In this document: positions 18,199 through 28,083 of the stretch, in pieces
Position numbering within the stretch: the first letter of the stretch is position 1
Layout of the letters: the number at the start of each line of letters is the position of its first letter
From: a virus
Virus record (IMG/VR): IMGVR_UViG_3300042698_000029
Location: 32,001-96,000 of that record
DNA: 64,000 bases
Strand: one strand, 5' to 3'
The notes under the pieces: generated by a model
The model's input: only the letters and a program-made list of their open reading frames with translations
Database searches by the model: none
What the model was told of the DNA's origin: nothing
Translations under genes and position numbers: made by a program

Positions 18199-21100
18199 GT
18201 GGCAACACAGTTCGACGCTGTTGCCCGGCTGAGCGTTGACCTGCGGGGATTCGCTGCCGCCAGCCGGACCATGACGTCCCAGGGCGGACAGATGCAGAAG
18301 GTCTTCCGGGACCTTCACAACGTCCTCAACCAGGTCGACATCGTAGAGAAGCAGATGGCGGCCGACCTGCGCCGTACGCTGTCCGTCTTCACGGCGGCGG
18401 CCACGGCGGCGGCCAAGTACGCCCAGGCCGTGAAGGTGCTGGCGACCAACGAGGTCACGGCGGCCAACGGCGCCCAGAACATGTCGCGCGCCTTCGAGCA
18501 CCTGCGGACCGCCCTCTCCTCCATCACGGGCCTCAGCGAGAAAGAAGCCGCCCGCCTCCAGCGCACTCTCGGTCTGTACAACCAGATGGCCTCGGCCCTG
18601 CTCAAGGTCAACCAGGCGACGGCTCTCGCCGCCAAGACCACCCAGCAGGCCGGACAGGCAGAGCAGCAGCGGCTGTTGAATTCGGAGCGCCTGGCTGCGG
18701 CGGCTCTGCGTACCGAATCCGCCCAGGCCCGGCTGAACCAGCAGCTGGAACGTCAGCGGTCCATTACGCAGCAGGCGACGGCCGCGCAGACCCAGTTCGG
18801 GACATCCCTGGGCAACACGGGGCGCCTTACCCTCGCTCTGCGCGCCGACCTGTCCGAGCTGGAGCAGGCGTACCGCAAGCTCGTCTCGGGCATCACCCAG
18901 TCGGCCACCGCGTCCATCAGTGCGGCCATCTCTCATGAGGCGGCTTTCGCCCAGGTCATCCGTGTCACCGGAGAAACCGGCAAGGCCGGTGAGGCGATGC
19001 GTAAGGAGTTCGAGAAGCTCACCACCACGCTGCCGGTGTCCTTCGAGGAGCTGGCGAAGATCGGTCAGCTCGCTGCTCAGACAGGTGTCGCCAACGACCA
19101 GCTGATCCGGTTCTCCGACACCGTGGTCCGGTTCTCCGTCACCACGGGTATCGCGTCGGACCAGGTCACGGTGCTGTTCGCCCGTATCGCGGACATGCTG
19201 GACCTGCCGACCAACCAGATGAACAACTTCGCGTCCACGATCCTCAAGCTCGGTACGATCTCGGCCGCCACCGAGAATGAGATTCTGAAGGTCACGCAGT
19301 CCATTGCCTCGGCCGGTCGCGCCTTCGGTCTCTCCACCGAGGAAATCGCCGGTCTGTCCGGGGCGCTGGCCTCCCTGCGTATCCCGCCGGAGTGGTCGCG
19401 CGGTTCGGCGACCCGCATTTTCCGCGACCTCGACAACGCGGCCAACGGCGCCGGAGAGGGCATGAAGGTGCTGGTCGAGGTGCTCGGCATGAGCGCCGAC
19501 GAAATCACCAACCTGCGGCGCAACGACCCCGGCACGTTCTTCCTGAAGTTCGTGGAGGGGATGCAGCAGTTCACCCGCGAGGGGCAGCTGGCGGCAGGCA
19601 CCACCCGGACCATCACCGACGTCATGTCGGACCTCGAAATCAACGCGGTCCGAGACATCGACTTCATCACGCGCCTGGCCAACAACTTCGGCACGCTGAA
19701 GACGCAGACCAACGAAGCCTTCCTGGAGTTCGCGCGGGGAACCGAGCTGACGCGGCAGACCGAAATTGTCTTCGGTACCACGCGGCAGAACATCGACAAC
19801 CTCAAGGACGCTTTCGAGACCTTCATCGCCAAGGCGGGCTCCCCCTTTGCGAAGATCTTGGGGCTTGTCGCCGACCGGCTCACCGTGGCCATCGAGGCCT
19901 TCCAGGAGTTCGGACCCGTCGGCAAGGCGGCCGTCAGCGTCCTTATCGGCATGGTGTCCGTAGGGGCAGCTGTGGCGGCGGCCATCGGTCTGTACCGTAT
20001 GGCGCTGATCAGGACGGCCCGCAGCGTCATCGCCTTCAATCAGGTTCAGCGGGACATGAACGGCCAGGCGCTTAACGGCCGCAACGTGTGGCGTCTTTAT
20101 CGCGAACAGCAGGAGCAGACCCGTCAGTCGGTAGCGTCCAATGCCGCCGCGCAGCGGGAGGCAGCCGCGTCCACGGTTGCGGCTGGACGTGCCACCAGCC
20201 AGTCGGCGGCGGCTACTTCTCAGGTGGTGGCGTCCACCAACGCCGCTGCGGCGGCCACGGGGCGCCTCTCCAGCCAGCTGAGCTCTTCCATGACCCAGTA
20301 CAACCGGGTGACGGCTGCAACTACCGCCCAGGCCGCCGCGCAACGTTCACAGCAGATCGTGCAGAACCAGGCCAGCCGGGCGGTGGCGACGTACGCCGCC
20401 GCATGGACACAGACGGAGCGCGCCCTTCCGAGGGCCACTGCGGCGATTCGCAACGGTACCGCGTCCATGCAGCAGCAACAGCAGGTTTCCCGGTCGGTGG
20501 TCCAGGCCCAGCAGGCCATCGCTTCGTCTGCGGTCCGTACGGCAGATGCCCAGCTCCAGATGGGTATCGCCCAACGGCAAGCAGCGGCGAGCAGTGCCGC
20601 TGCTGCGGCTGGCAGCCGGGGTGTCGCAGCTTCCGCCATCGCGGCGGGTGTGGCGGTGCGAGGAGCCGCTGCGGCCATGAGTGTCTTCAGGCTGGCGCTG
20701 ACCTCCATCGGTATCGGCATCGTGATCACCGCGCTGACTTCGCTGTACTTTGCACTGACCCGGACGAAGGACGCGACACAGGAGGCGGCACAGGCGGGCT
20801 TCGACGCGGCCGGTGGCATGACGGCCTTCGGCGACGCGGTGCGGAAGGACCAGGAGGCCATTTCCAACGGATCGCGGGTCATCGCTACTTACACGGCAGC
20901 GGCCAAGGACCTGTCACTGGAGACTCGGGAGCGCATCAACGCACAGCTCGCGGCGGCCCGGCAGGAGCAGGCCTTCATTGAGGCCGTAGGCGGATCCGTC
21001 GAGGCGCTGAAGGAGCAGGCCAAGGGAACCGGCGCGTCCGCCCAGCAGGCGCAGGGGTACGTCAAGCGCTGGCTGGCCGCTGACGACGTCATCAAGAAGC

Positions 21101-23379
21101 TGACCTCCACCCTGAAGGGCAGCACTTTTGAGATCTCTGAGAACACCCAGGCCCTGGGTGAGTTCGGCGTACAGCAGGCCGTCATGGCCAGCGGAGCCTC
21201 GAAGAACCTGAAGGCCATGGAGGCTCTGCGCGACTTCGGGCCGAGTCTGCGCGAGGCTCTCAGCAAGATGTTCTCGGATCCGGCGAGCGCAGCGGAGATC
21301 CTGAACAAGGAAATCGCGCGGGTCAACAAGGCCATTCTGGACATCAAGGCCCCTGAGGATGCGACGGGCTTCCGCAATGCACGCCGCCTCATTCCTGAGA
21401 ACCTGAAGGGAGACCTCAAGACTCTTGAGGATTACTCCGAGCTTCTGTTGACCATCCAGAAGAACGCCCGGCTCAGTGATGAGGCGGTGCGCGGTGGCGC
21501 TCTGGCCAACCAGGCTTTCGGTACGAGCGCCGAGCGGGGCGGAGCGGCTGCCGATGCCATGGCCAACGGTATGGACGGGGCCACCGAGTCGGCTGAGGAC
21601 CTGAACGCTGCGGCCGGGGATCTGGCGGAGCGTACGTCGAACCTGGCGGCCGCTTTCAACTCGCTCGGCAGTTTCTCCTCCGCCATGACGGCGGCGATGG
21701 ACAAGGCCAAGGGCGCGCAGGAGGGGGCGTCGTCGGCGCAGGGTACAGCGGCCACCAACGCGGAGAAGCTCCAGGCTGCACAGGCCAAGCTGTCCGAGTC
21801 GCTGCGGACGGCGGGCGGGGACGCCGACAAGACGAAGAGCGCCTACGACAACTACAACGAGTCTCTGCGGAAGATCCAGTCTGAGTCCGACAAGACGACG
21901 TCTTCCAACCAGGCGGTACAGGCGTCCTTCAAGTCGATCATGAATGAGCTGGAGGCTGTGGCTGCGGCCCGCCTGGAGCGTGCTCAGAATCTGGTCCGCC
22001 TGTCGGCACGTATCCCGCAGGAGGTCCTTCAGGAGCTGGAGAAGCTGGGCCCGGAGTACTCCTCCTTCATTCAGCAGCTGACGACCAAGTCCGACGAGGA
22101 ACTGAAGAAACTCATTCCGGTCCTGCGCGGGGCGGGTGAGGGGGCCTCGGCGGCCTTCGCGCAGGGCCTGGCACAGGTGCTGCCGCTGGTCGCGGGGAAG
22201 GGCAAGGCGGTCGGTGACGCGGCTTCCATCGCGCTGGCGTCGGCCATCAACCAGGCCATCCAGGGCGGCGGAAACATCACCAAGGCCATTCAGGGAGTTG
22301 TCGACGCCATCAAGACGTCGCAGAAGCTCGACATCCCGTTGGATGTGGCGATCGACTTGCAGAAGACCAAGGGCGACATCGAAGCGGTCAACAAGGTCAT
22401 CCGCGATGCCGTGTCTTCTGGAAAACTGACCGCTCAGGCTTCGGTGACGCTCAAGCTGGACCTTTTCAACCAGACGCTGGCTGAACTCCAGGCCAAGGTG
22501 AAAGACTCCTCGCTGGCCGACATCAACGGCAAGGCGACCCTCAGCGTGGAGCAGTACGACCGCGACAAGGAGCGTCTCCAGAACGAAGGGACGGCCGCCA
22601 CCCTTCAGAACCTGCTCGGCATCGAGGGCCTGGCGGAGCTGAACCCCGAGGGGTACCAGGCGGCCCTCGATCTCCTGAAGCGGCTGAGCCTGAGCACCAC
22701 CGCTTCGAATTCCCTGGGGCCGGAGGGCACGCCCACCATCAACCCGGGTCCTTACGAGCATGACCTGGGCGTACTGACGCAGAAGGGGCAGGACTGGAAG
22801 GCTCTTCAGGACAGGTATCTTCAGCCTCGCCCCTCCATCGACCAGAGCCAGTACAACAAGGACCGGTCCACGATGGAGGGCAATGCGCAGTACACGGGTA
22901 ACGTGATTCAGGCGAACCTGACGCGTACGGCACGAGTGAGTGTTGCCTACACGTACTACGCGACCAACAGCCCCCCGGCTGGCGCGGACCGTGCCCAGGC
23001 CGCCACGGGTGGCTGGATCTCCGGCCCTGGCGGCCCGCGCGCGGACCGGGTGCCGATGATGCTCTCCAACGGTGAGTTCGTGGTCAACGCCCGAGCTGCC
23101 TCGCAGTACGGCTCCCTGCTCCAGGCCATCAACGACTCCGGCCTGCGCGGAGCCAGTTCCATGAGGTTCGGGGACCGTAGCCCGGGAGCGCAGTTCATGA
23201 GCTCCGTCACCCAGCGCCGTCCTGTCGGGGAGTCCCGTTTCCCGCGTCGCACCCAGACTCTCGCCACCGAGCCCCGTACGGTGATCAACGTAAGCAACAC
23301 CTACCCTCAGGCCGAGCCGACCTCCGTGACGGTCAACCGCTCGCTGGCCTACGCAGCGATGCTCGACGGGACGATCTGA
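18199..23379 (+). CDS. Tape measure protein (1726 aa)
   Basis: Length, Ala/Gln-rich helices, TP901-like core, C-terminal ATGGWISGPGGPRADRVPMMLSNGEFVVNA. Confidence 0.95.
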   Translation: MATQFDAVARLSVDLRGFAAASRTMTSQGGQMQKVFRDLHNVLNQVDIVEKQMAADLRRTLSVFTAAATAAAKYAQAVKVLATNEVTAANGAQNMSRAFEHLRTALSSITGLSEKEAARLQRTLGLYNQMASALLKVNQATALAAKTTQQAGQAEQQRLLNSERLAAAALRTESAQARLNQQLERQRSITQQATAAQTQFGTSLGNTGRLTLALRADLSELEQAYRKLVSGITQSATASISAAISHEAAFAQVIRVTGETGKAGEAMRKEFEKLTTTLPVSFEELAKIGQLAAQTGVANDQLIRFSDTVVRFSVTTGIASDQVTVLFARIADMLDLPTNQMNNFASTILKLGTISAATENEILKVTQSIASAGRAFGLSTEEIAGLSGALASLRIPPEWSRGSATRIFRDLDNAANGAGEGMKVLVEVLGMSADEITNLRRNDPGTFFLKFVEGMQQFTREGQLAAGTTRTITDVMSDLEINAVRDIDFITRLANNFGTLKTQTNEAFLEFARGTELTRQTEIVFGTTRQNIDNLKDAFETFIAKAGSPFAKILGLVADRLTVAIEAFQEFGPVGKAAVSVLIGMVSVGAAVAAAIGLYRMALIRTARSVIAFNQVQRDMNGQALNGRNVWRLYREQQEQTRQSVASNAAAQREAAASTVAAGRATSQSAAATSQVVASTNAAAAATGRLSSQLSSSMTQYNRVTAATTAQAAAQRSQQIVQNQASRAVATYAAAWTQTERALPRATAAIRNGTASMQQQQQVSRSVVQAQQAIASSAVRTADAQLQMGIAQRQAAASSAAAAAGSRGVAASAIAAGVAVRGAAAAMSVFRLALTSIGIGIVITALTSLYFALTRTKDATQEAAQAGFDAAGGMTAFGDAVRKDQEAISNGSRVIATYTAAAKDLSLETRERINAQLAAARQEQAFIEAVGGSVEALKEQAKGTGASAQQAQGYVKRWLAADDVIKKLTSTLKGSTFEISENTQALGEFGVQQAVMASGASKNLKAMEALRDFGPSLREALSKMFSDPASAAEILNKEIARVNKAILDIKAPEDATGFRNARRLIPENLKGDLKTLEDYSELLLTIQKNARLSDEAVRGGALANQAFGTSAERGGAAADAMANGMDGATESAEDLNAAAGDLAERTSNLAAAFNSLGSFSSAMTAAMDKAKGAQEGASSAQGTAATNAEKLQAAQAKLSESLRTAGGDADKTKSAYDNYNESLRKIQSESDKTTSSNQAVQASFKSIMNELEAVAAARLERAQNLVRLSARIPQEVLQELEKLGPEYSSFIQQLTTKSDEELKKLIPVLRGAGEGASAAFAQGLAQVLPLVAGKGKAVGDAASIALASAINQAIQGGGNITKAIQGVVDAIKTSQKLDIPLDVAIDLQKTKGDIEAVNKVIRDAVSSGKLTAQASVTLKLDLFNQTLAELQAKVKDSSLADINGKATLSVEQYDRDKERLQNEGTAATLQNLLGIEGLAELNPEGYQAALDLLKRLSLSTTASNSLGPEGTPTINPGPYEHDLGVLTQKGQDWKALQDRYLQPRPSIDQSQYNKDRSTMEGNAQYTGNVIQANLTRTARVSVAYTYYATNSPPAGADRAQAATGGWISGPGGPRADRVPMMLSNGEFVVNARAASQYGSLLQAINDSGLRGASSMRFGDRSPGAQFMSSVTQRRPVGESRFPRRTQTLATEPRTVINVSNTYPQAEPTSVTVNRSLAYAAMLDGTI

Positions 23380-24257
23380 TGGCAGTCACTTTCGAGATCA
23401 ACGGCTTCCTTCTGGACAAGAAGGACGTCTGCAAGGTGATGGAGGGCACCGAGTACTCCAGCGCCGTCACCATGAGGCGCCTGAACATCGACTCCCCGGG
23501 CCTGCACGGACAGATCCCCATGTGGATCGACCCCCTGGACGTCTTGAAGGTGACCCTGCGGCTGCGCGTCCTCAAGCCCCGCAAGTCAGCTCAGACCGTC
23601 CTGCACAACAACGTGCGGCTCATCCAGTCCCTGTTCCGGCCGGGCGGGTACCTCGCCTCGCAGTCTTCGATTGTCACGCCGCTCGAAATCATCCGGGACC
23701 GGGACGGCTTGCGGGTGAGGGCCTTCGCGCAGCTGGAGACCATGAGCCAGGCCGAGTACTCGCACACCGGCGGTTTCGCCGACATGACGGTGGTGCTGAA
23801 CATCCCGCGTGGCGTCTGGGAGTCCACCACCAGCGAGGACGTCAGCTTCGCCGCCAACGTGAACGGTCAGGCCTACTCCACGGCGGCCAAGACCGTGCTG
23901 CCCTTCTACCCCCTGGTCCGGGTGGCCGGTCCCTTCACTTCGGTGCAGGTGCGGGATACTCATTCCAACACGGGTGTCCTGTGGACCCGCTCGCCGGGCA
24001 TCTCCAGCGGCAGATTCCTGCTGATCGATCCCTACACGATGGGCGCCTGGGACAAGGCCACCAACGGCTGGGACCCCACCGACCCCGGCACGAACGACGC
24101 GCGCAGCGGCTTGTACGAGATCGGTAACGGTCCTCTGAATGCGACCCGGTCCTACGTAGGGACTACCCCGGTCATTCTCACAGGCATCGACACCAGCATG
24201 CTCGGCGGGTCCGGGGGCACCCCCATCACCCTACGAGGACGATACACGGAGCCGTAA
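23379..24257 (+). CDS. Distal tail / minor tail protein
   Basis: Directly follows the tape measure gene with overlap. Confidence 0.75.
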   Translation: MAVTFEINGFLLDKKDVCKVMEGTEYSSAVTMRRLNIDSPGLHGQIPMWIDPLDVLKVTLRLRVLKPRKSAQTVLHNNVRLIQSLFRPGGYLASQSSIVTPLEIIRDRDGLRVRAFAQLETMSQAEYSHTGGFADMTVVLNIPRGVWESTTSEDVSFAANVNGQAYSTAAKTVLPFYPLVRVAGPFTSVQVRDTHSNTGVLWTRSPGISSGRFLLIDPYTMGAWDKATNGWDPTDPGTNDARSGLYEIGNGPLNATRSYVGTTPVILTGIDTSMLGGSGGTPITLRGRYTEP

Positions 24258-24258
24258 C

Positions 24259-26943
24259 ATGCCCTACGGAGACGGCGAAAAGGTCTTCGGCCGACTGGTC
24301 GCCTACCTTCCCGACGGGCCTGTTCTGGGCCCGCTGTCCCACCCGATCTCATGGAACGCCTCCGTCCCTTTCAACGACATCGGCGCCCTTGAACTCGTCT
24401 ACCACCCCGAGGCGCCCAACTATGAGTTCCTCCAGCTGTACGGCGGGGAGGTCGCCGTGGAGCTCCGGGTGGACCAGTCGGATTTCTGGGTTGAGCCGCC
24501 CGGATGCCGGTTTCTGAACCTGCGCAGGCACGACGAGACTGCCTCCCGGGACGAGCCGACGCGCTTCTCCATGCCCAACTACGGGTGGCTGCTGCGCAAG
24601 GTCCGCCAGATCGACCTGTCGAAGTTCAACTCTGACGGGGTCCGGCCGTACACGAACGCCACTCCTCCGTGGGCGATGAAGGACATCCTGACGGAGGCGC
24701 AGGCCCGCAGCAACATTCCTGGTCTCGACCACAGCTCTTTCGCGCCTCTTGTCGCCTCCGACGGTGCGGGGTGGATCGAGGGCATGACGATGAGCTTCGA
24801 GATGGGCCAGGACGCCCTGTCCATGCTCGACGCGTTCAGCCGTCAGCGCCTGTGTGACTGGAACTTCTTCAAGCGGGCCCTGAACATCTACAACCCAAAC
24901 ACGTTCCTCACACAGAACGTCTCTTCCACGGTGAAGCTCTTCGACCGGTACGACGTGGTCACGTCGCCAATGGAGTTCACCTACGAGGACATGGCCACCC
25001 GCCTGCTCCAGCAGGGCGACAACGGGGCGGCCCTGGTGGTCACCGACGCCAAGCCGTTCTCCCCGTGGGGCGCGTGGGAGGAGTCGTCCACCGCGTCCGG
25101 TGTGTCCGACCCCTCCGAGCTGACGCGGCTGGCCCAGAAGGACCTCGCATCCAAGTACGACTACAAGACCGAGTACACCAAGGAGGTGATCTTCCGGCAG
25201 AACACCCCCAAGCCGCTGATCGACTTCTACCCCGGCAACCTGATCACCACGAATCAGTCCAACGCCGCCCGCGTCCAGCAGATCACCATCACCTGCGACG
25301 GCCCGCACAAGGCGGTGCGTGGCTCACTGGTCCTCTCCAACCACCCCGACGTGAACCGCATGGTGCCCCGGGAACTGCGCCAGCAGCGGTGGATCAACTC
25401 CTTGATCGGAGGCGGCGGAGTAGGCGGGTCGGCGGCCACCGGCGGCAACGGCATGTTCAACTTCACCCGCGTCGCTCCCTCACCCCCTGCCCCCAACGCA
25501 CCTGCTCCGGCCCAGGTGACGGGTGTGGTCGCCACCAATGGACCCGGCTTCGACTCGATCGGACATCCCGAGGCCCAGATCCTCCTCAGCTGGAATCCGG
25601 TCACCACGGACGCCACCGGTGCGGCGATGAGCCCCGCCTACTACCAGCTGATGATCCAGCCCACCATCTACACCAGCGACCGTCCCATCCCCATGGAGGT
25701 CAGCTCTGCCTCCACGCAGGCCCACGTGGTGGTGGACAACGACGGCAGCTGGAACTACGCGGTGCGGGCGGTGTCCCAGCAAGGCGTGACGGGGGCATAC
25801 TCGGCCACCGGCACTATTGCGGTCACGTGGCCCACCACGAGTCCCCCTACCGCTTCGGCTCCCTCCTTGTTCAGCCTCTCCAACCAGGTCCGGGTCGCGT
25901 GGGACGGACTCGATTCCACGGGAGCAGTTCCCCCTGCCTACGTGAAGTACTACTGCATCGAGAGGTCCACCACTTCTTCCTCCACGGGGTTCGGCGGCCT
26001 GGGTGCCTTGGCGGCTTACGGCCAGGGGTTTGACAACCGCATGCACGACACCCTGAACACCGGCACGGTCGTCTGGTACCGGGCCCGCTTCCGGGACAGT
26101 GCGGGGAACTTCGGTCCGTATTCGTCCGTTGTGAGCACTACGGTGGCGGGTCCGTCAGGGTCCATTCCTGTCGGTTCGCTGAACGCGAACGTCCTTCAGG
26201 ACGGGACGATCACCACAGCGCAGATCGGGACGTCCGCTGTACAGGGTTCCCAGATCGGGTCGTACGAGGTCTACAACGAGAACCTCCTCACAGGGCGCCC
26301 CTCGCGCAACCTCGTCCGGGACTCCAGTGCTTCTACTTTCCAAGGGGCTTTCCGAGCACAGTGCTCGAACTCGGCAACGAACTCGGCTACCCGCTGCCCG
26401 TGGACGTGGACGGCCTCGGTGGGGTGGTCCTCGGTCCTGAGCGCAGGCGGTGAGTACGACAACCGCCTGGTCTTGATCAACAGCGGCAACAAGTTCCTCG
26501 ACGCCACCCCGGGCTCGACCACCCAGGCTCTTCCGAACCTGGACTACGGCTACCTGGTGGATCCGGAGAACGGTCCGCTGAAAATGTCCTTCCGGCAGAA
26601 GATCCAGTCGGCTACGTGGCCAGCGGCGGGCCAGGGGATCAAGATCCAACTGTTTGCCCGGTTCTACACCGCAGACGGGACGGCCATCGGAGGAACAGCG
26701 CAGCTCCTGTACGACGGGCCGTTCCAGAACGTCAATACGCCATCCGGCGGTGGAACGATCGACTACGCCGTGGTGAAGAACAATGTCGGCTTCACGTTGG
26801 GGGGCGGCACCGTTCCGGCAACCAACGACGCGGCCTTCTTCCTGCCCTATTTCCGTGTAACGTCCACGGGTATGAGTGGTCGAGCAGGTGTGCAGGTGCG
26901 CATCACCCGGCCGTTCATCGTGCAGTCCAACGAGACCATCTGA
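24259..26943 (+). CDS. Minor tail protein (Tal/hub) with FN3-like domains and probable receptor-binding C-terminus
   Basis: WVEPPGCRF N-domain; LSWNPV, YAVRAVS, VRVAWDG, WYRARFRDSAGN FN3-like motifs. Confidence 0.8.
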   Translation: MPYGDGEKVFGRLVAYLPDGPVLGPLSHPISWNASVPFNDIGALELVYHPEAPNYEFLQLYGGEVAVELRVDQSDFWVEPPGCRFLNLRRHDETASRDEPTRFSMPNYGWLLRKVRQIDLSKFNSDGVRPYTNATPPWAMKDILTEAQARSNIPGLDHSSFAPLVASDGAGWIEGMTMSFEMGQDALSMLDAFSRQRLCDWNFFKRALNIYNPNTFLTQNVSSTVKLFDRYDVVTSPMEFTYEDMATRLLQQGDNGAALVVTDAKPFSPWGAWEESSTASGVSDPSELTRLAQKDLASKYDYKTEYTKEVIFRQNTPKPLIDFYPGNLITTNQSNAARVQQITITCDGPHKAVRGSLVLSNHPDVNRMVPRELRQQRWINSLIGGGGVGGSAATGGNGMFNFTRVAPSPPAPNAPAPAQVTGVVATNGPGFDSIGHPEAQILLSWNPVTTDATGAAMSPAYYQLMIQPTIYTSDRPIPMEVSSASTQAHVVVDNDGSWNYAVRAVSQQGVTGAYSATGTIAVTWPTTSPPTASAPSLFSLSNQVRVAWDGLDSTGAVPPAYVKYYCIERSTTSSSTGFGGLGALAAYGQGFDNRMHDTLNTGTVVWYRARFRDSAGNFGPYSSVVSTTVAGPSGSIPVGSLNANVLQDGTITTAQIGTSAVQGSQIGSYEVYNENLLTGRPSRNLVRDSSASTFQGAFRAQCSNSATNSATRCPWTWTASVGWSSVLSAGGEYDNRLVLINSGNKFLDATPGSTTQALPNLDYGYLVDPENGPLKMSFRQKIQSATWPAAGQGIKIQLFARFYTADGTAIGGTAQLLYDGPFQNVNTPSGGGTIDYAVVKNNVGFTLGGGTVPATNDAAFFLPYFRVTSTGMSGRAGVQVRITRPFIVQSNETI

Positions 26944-26952
26944 GAGGTCGCC

Positions 26953-27351
26953 GTGAAGAAGCTCCTCGCCGCCATCACCACGCTGATGGCGGCGACCGCC
27001 CTGACCTGCACCCCGGCCCAGGCCGCGCCTGCCGGGACAACGATGCTCCTCACCGTCTACTCCATGAACGACGGCACGGGCCAGCCGTCCACCAAGCTCG
27101 ACGCCTGGTACCTCGGGTGTTTTCCTCCCGCCGGTACCCATCCCGACTACAAGAAGGCCTGCAAGCTGCTCAGCAAGGTCGACGGCTGGGTAGAGGCCAT
27201 CGAGCGCGACGACCGTGCCTGCACCACCGAGTACAAGCCCGTGATCCTGCGCATCGAAGGGACCTGGAAGGGCCGCGAGCTCTACTGGACCGACCACTAC
27301 GGCAACCGGTGCGAAGCTGCTGCGGCCACCCGGGATCTGTACCCGGTCTGA
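26953..27351 (+). CDS. Secreted Streptomyces subtilisin inhibitor (SSI, family I16)-like protein
   Basis: Signal peptide ending AQA; LGCFPPAGTHP..ACKLL, ACTTEYKPV, GTWKG, YGNRCE. Confidence 0.9.
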   Translation: MKKLLAAITTLMAATALTCTPAQAAPAGTTMLLTVYSMNDGTGQPSTKLDAWYLGCFPPAGTHPDYKKACKLLSKVDGWVEAIERDDRACTTEYKPVILRIEGTWKGRELYWTDHYGNRCEAAAATRDLYPV

Positions 27352-27360
27352 AATTGGAAT

Positions 27361-27394
27361 CGGGGCGGCAGGGGAATGGGGTCCTGCCGCCCCG
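27361..27394. terminator. Terminator between the convergent structural and replication arms
   Basis: CGGGGCGGCAGG...CCTGCCGCCCCG. Confidence 0.7.
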
Positions 27395-27416
27395 ATGAGG
27401 AGCTGCACGTTCCACT

Positions 27417-27911
27417 CTAGCGCCCGGAGCGCACTCGCTGGGGAAAAGCCATACGGCAAGTCGGCCGGTGCCGCCGGTCGAAAAGATGGGTCACACCGTG
27501 CCGCAGAGCGTCGTTCATGTGCTGGGAATTCTTGCCCCGGGCCCGCAGCCCCATGCGTTCCAGGACCGCATCGGTGATCATCATCTTCCCGCCGACCGGC
27601 TCCTGCCAGACCACCTGGTTGTACGGGTTGTCGTCCCTGATCCAGATCTTGACGTGGTCGATGACCTTCTCCGGCGTCGTGTCGGGGATCATCAGTCCCG
27701 GCCGGGTGTGGAACGCCTCCCCCACGAATCCGTGCCGCCCGGGGATCTGGGCCCACTGCTTGAGGGTGTCCAGCGGGGTGAGGTAGTTGGCCGGGTCGTA
27801 GGCGACGGCCGCTGTCTCGACGCGGACCAGCTCACCCTCGGTGGCCAGCAGCAGGGCCAGGCCTGTGGTCGAACCCGGGTCCATGCAGGACAGGTACAGC
27901 GGGTAGGACAT
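27417..27911 (-). CDS. RuvC-like Holliday junction resolvase
   Basis: MDPGSTTGLA, VGEAF, HMNDALRH; GGAG RBS. Confidence 0.8.
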   Translation of the reverse strand: MSYPLYLSCMDPGSTTGLALLLATEGELVRVETAAVAYDPANYLTPLDTLKQWAQIPGRHGFVGEAFHTRPGLMIPDTTPEKVIDHVKIWIRDDNPYNQVVWQEPVGGKMMITDAVLERMGLRARGKNSQHMNDALRHGVTHLFDRRHRPTCRMAFPQRVRSGR

Positions 27912-28083
27912 GGTCGCTCCTCGGGTTCGTCGGGTCCGGCAACGCCGGGGTGATTGTGGTGATAACCTCACCTCAGATGAACCGGTGGACCAGCCCCCCT
28001 TGATTCCCCGGTTTGCGCCTTGGATCGGGCGCCTGGAGCTCCGTGCCGCTTCCCACTCCTTTGGGGCACGGAGCTCCCTTCTT

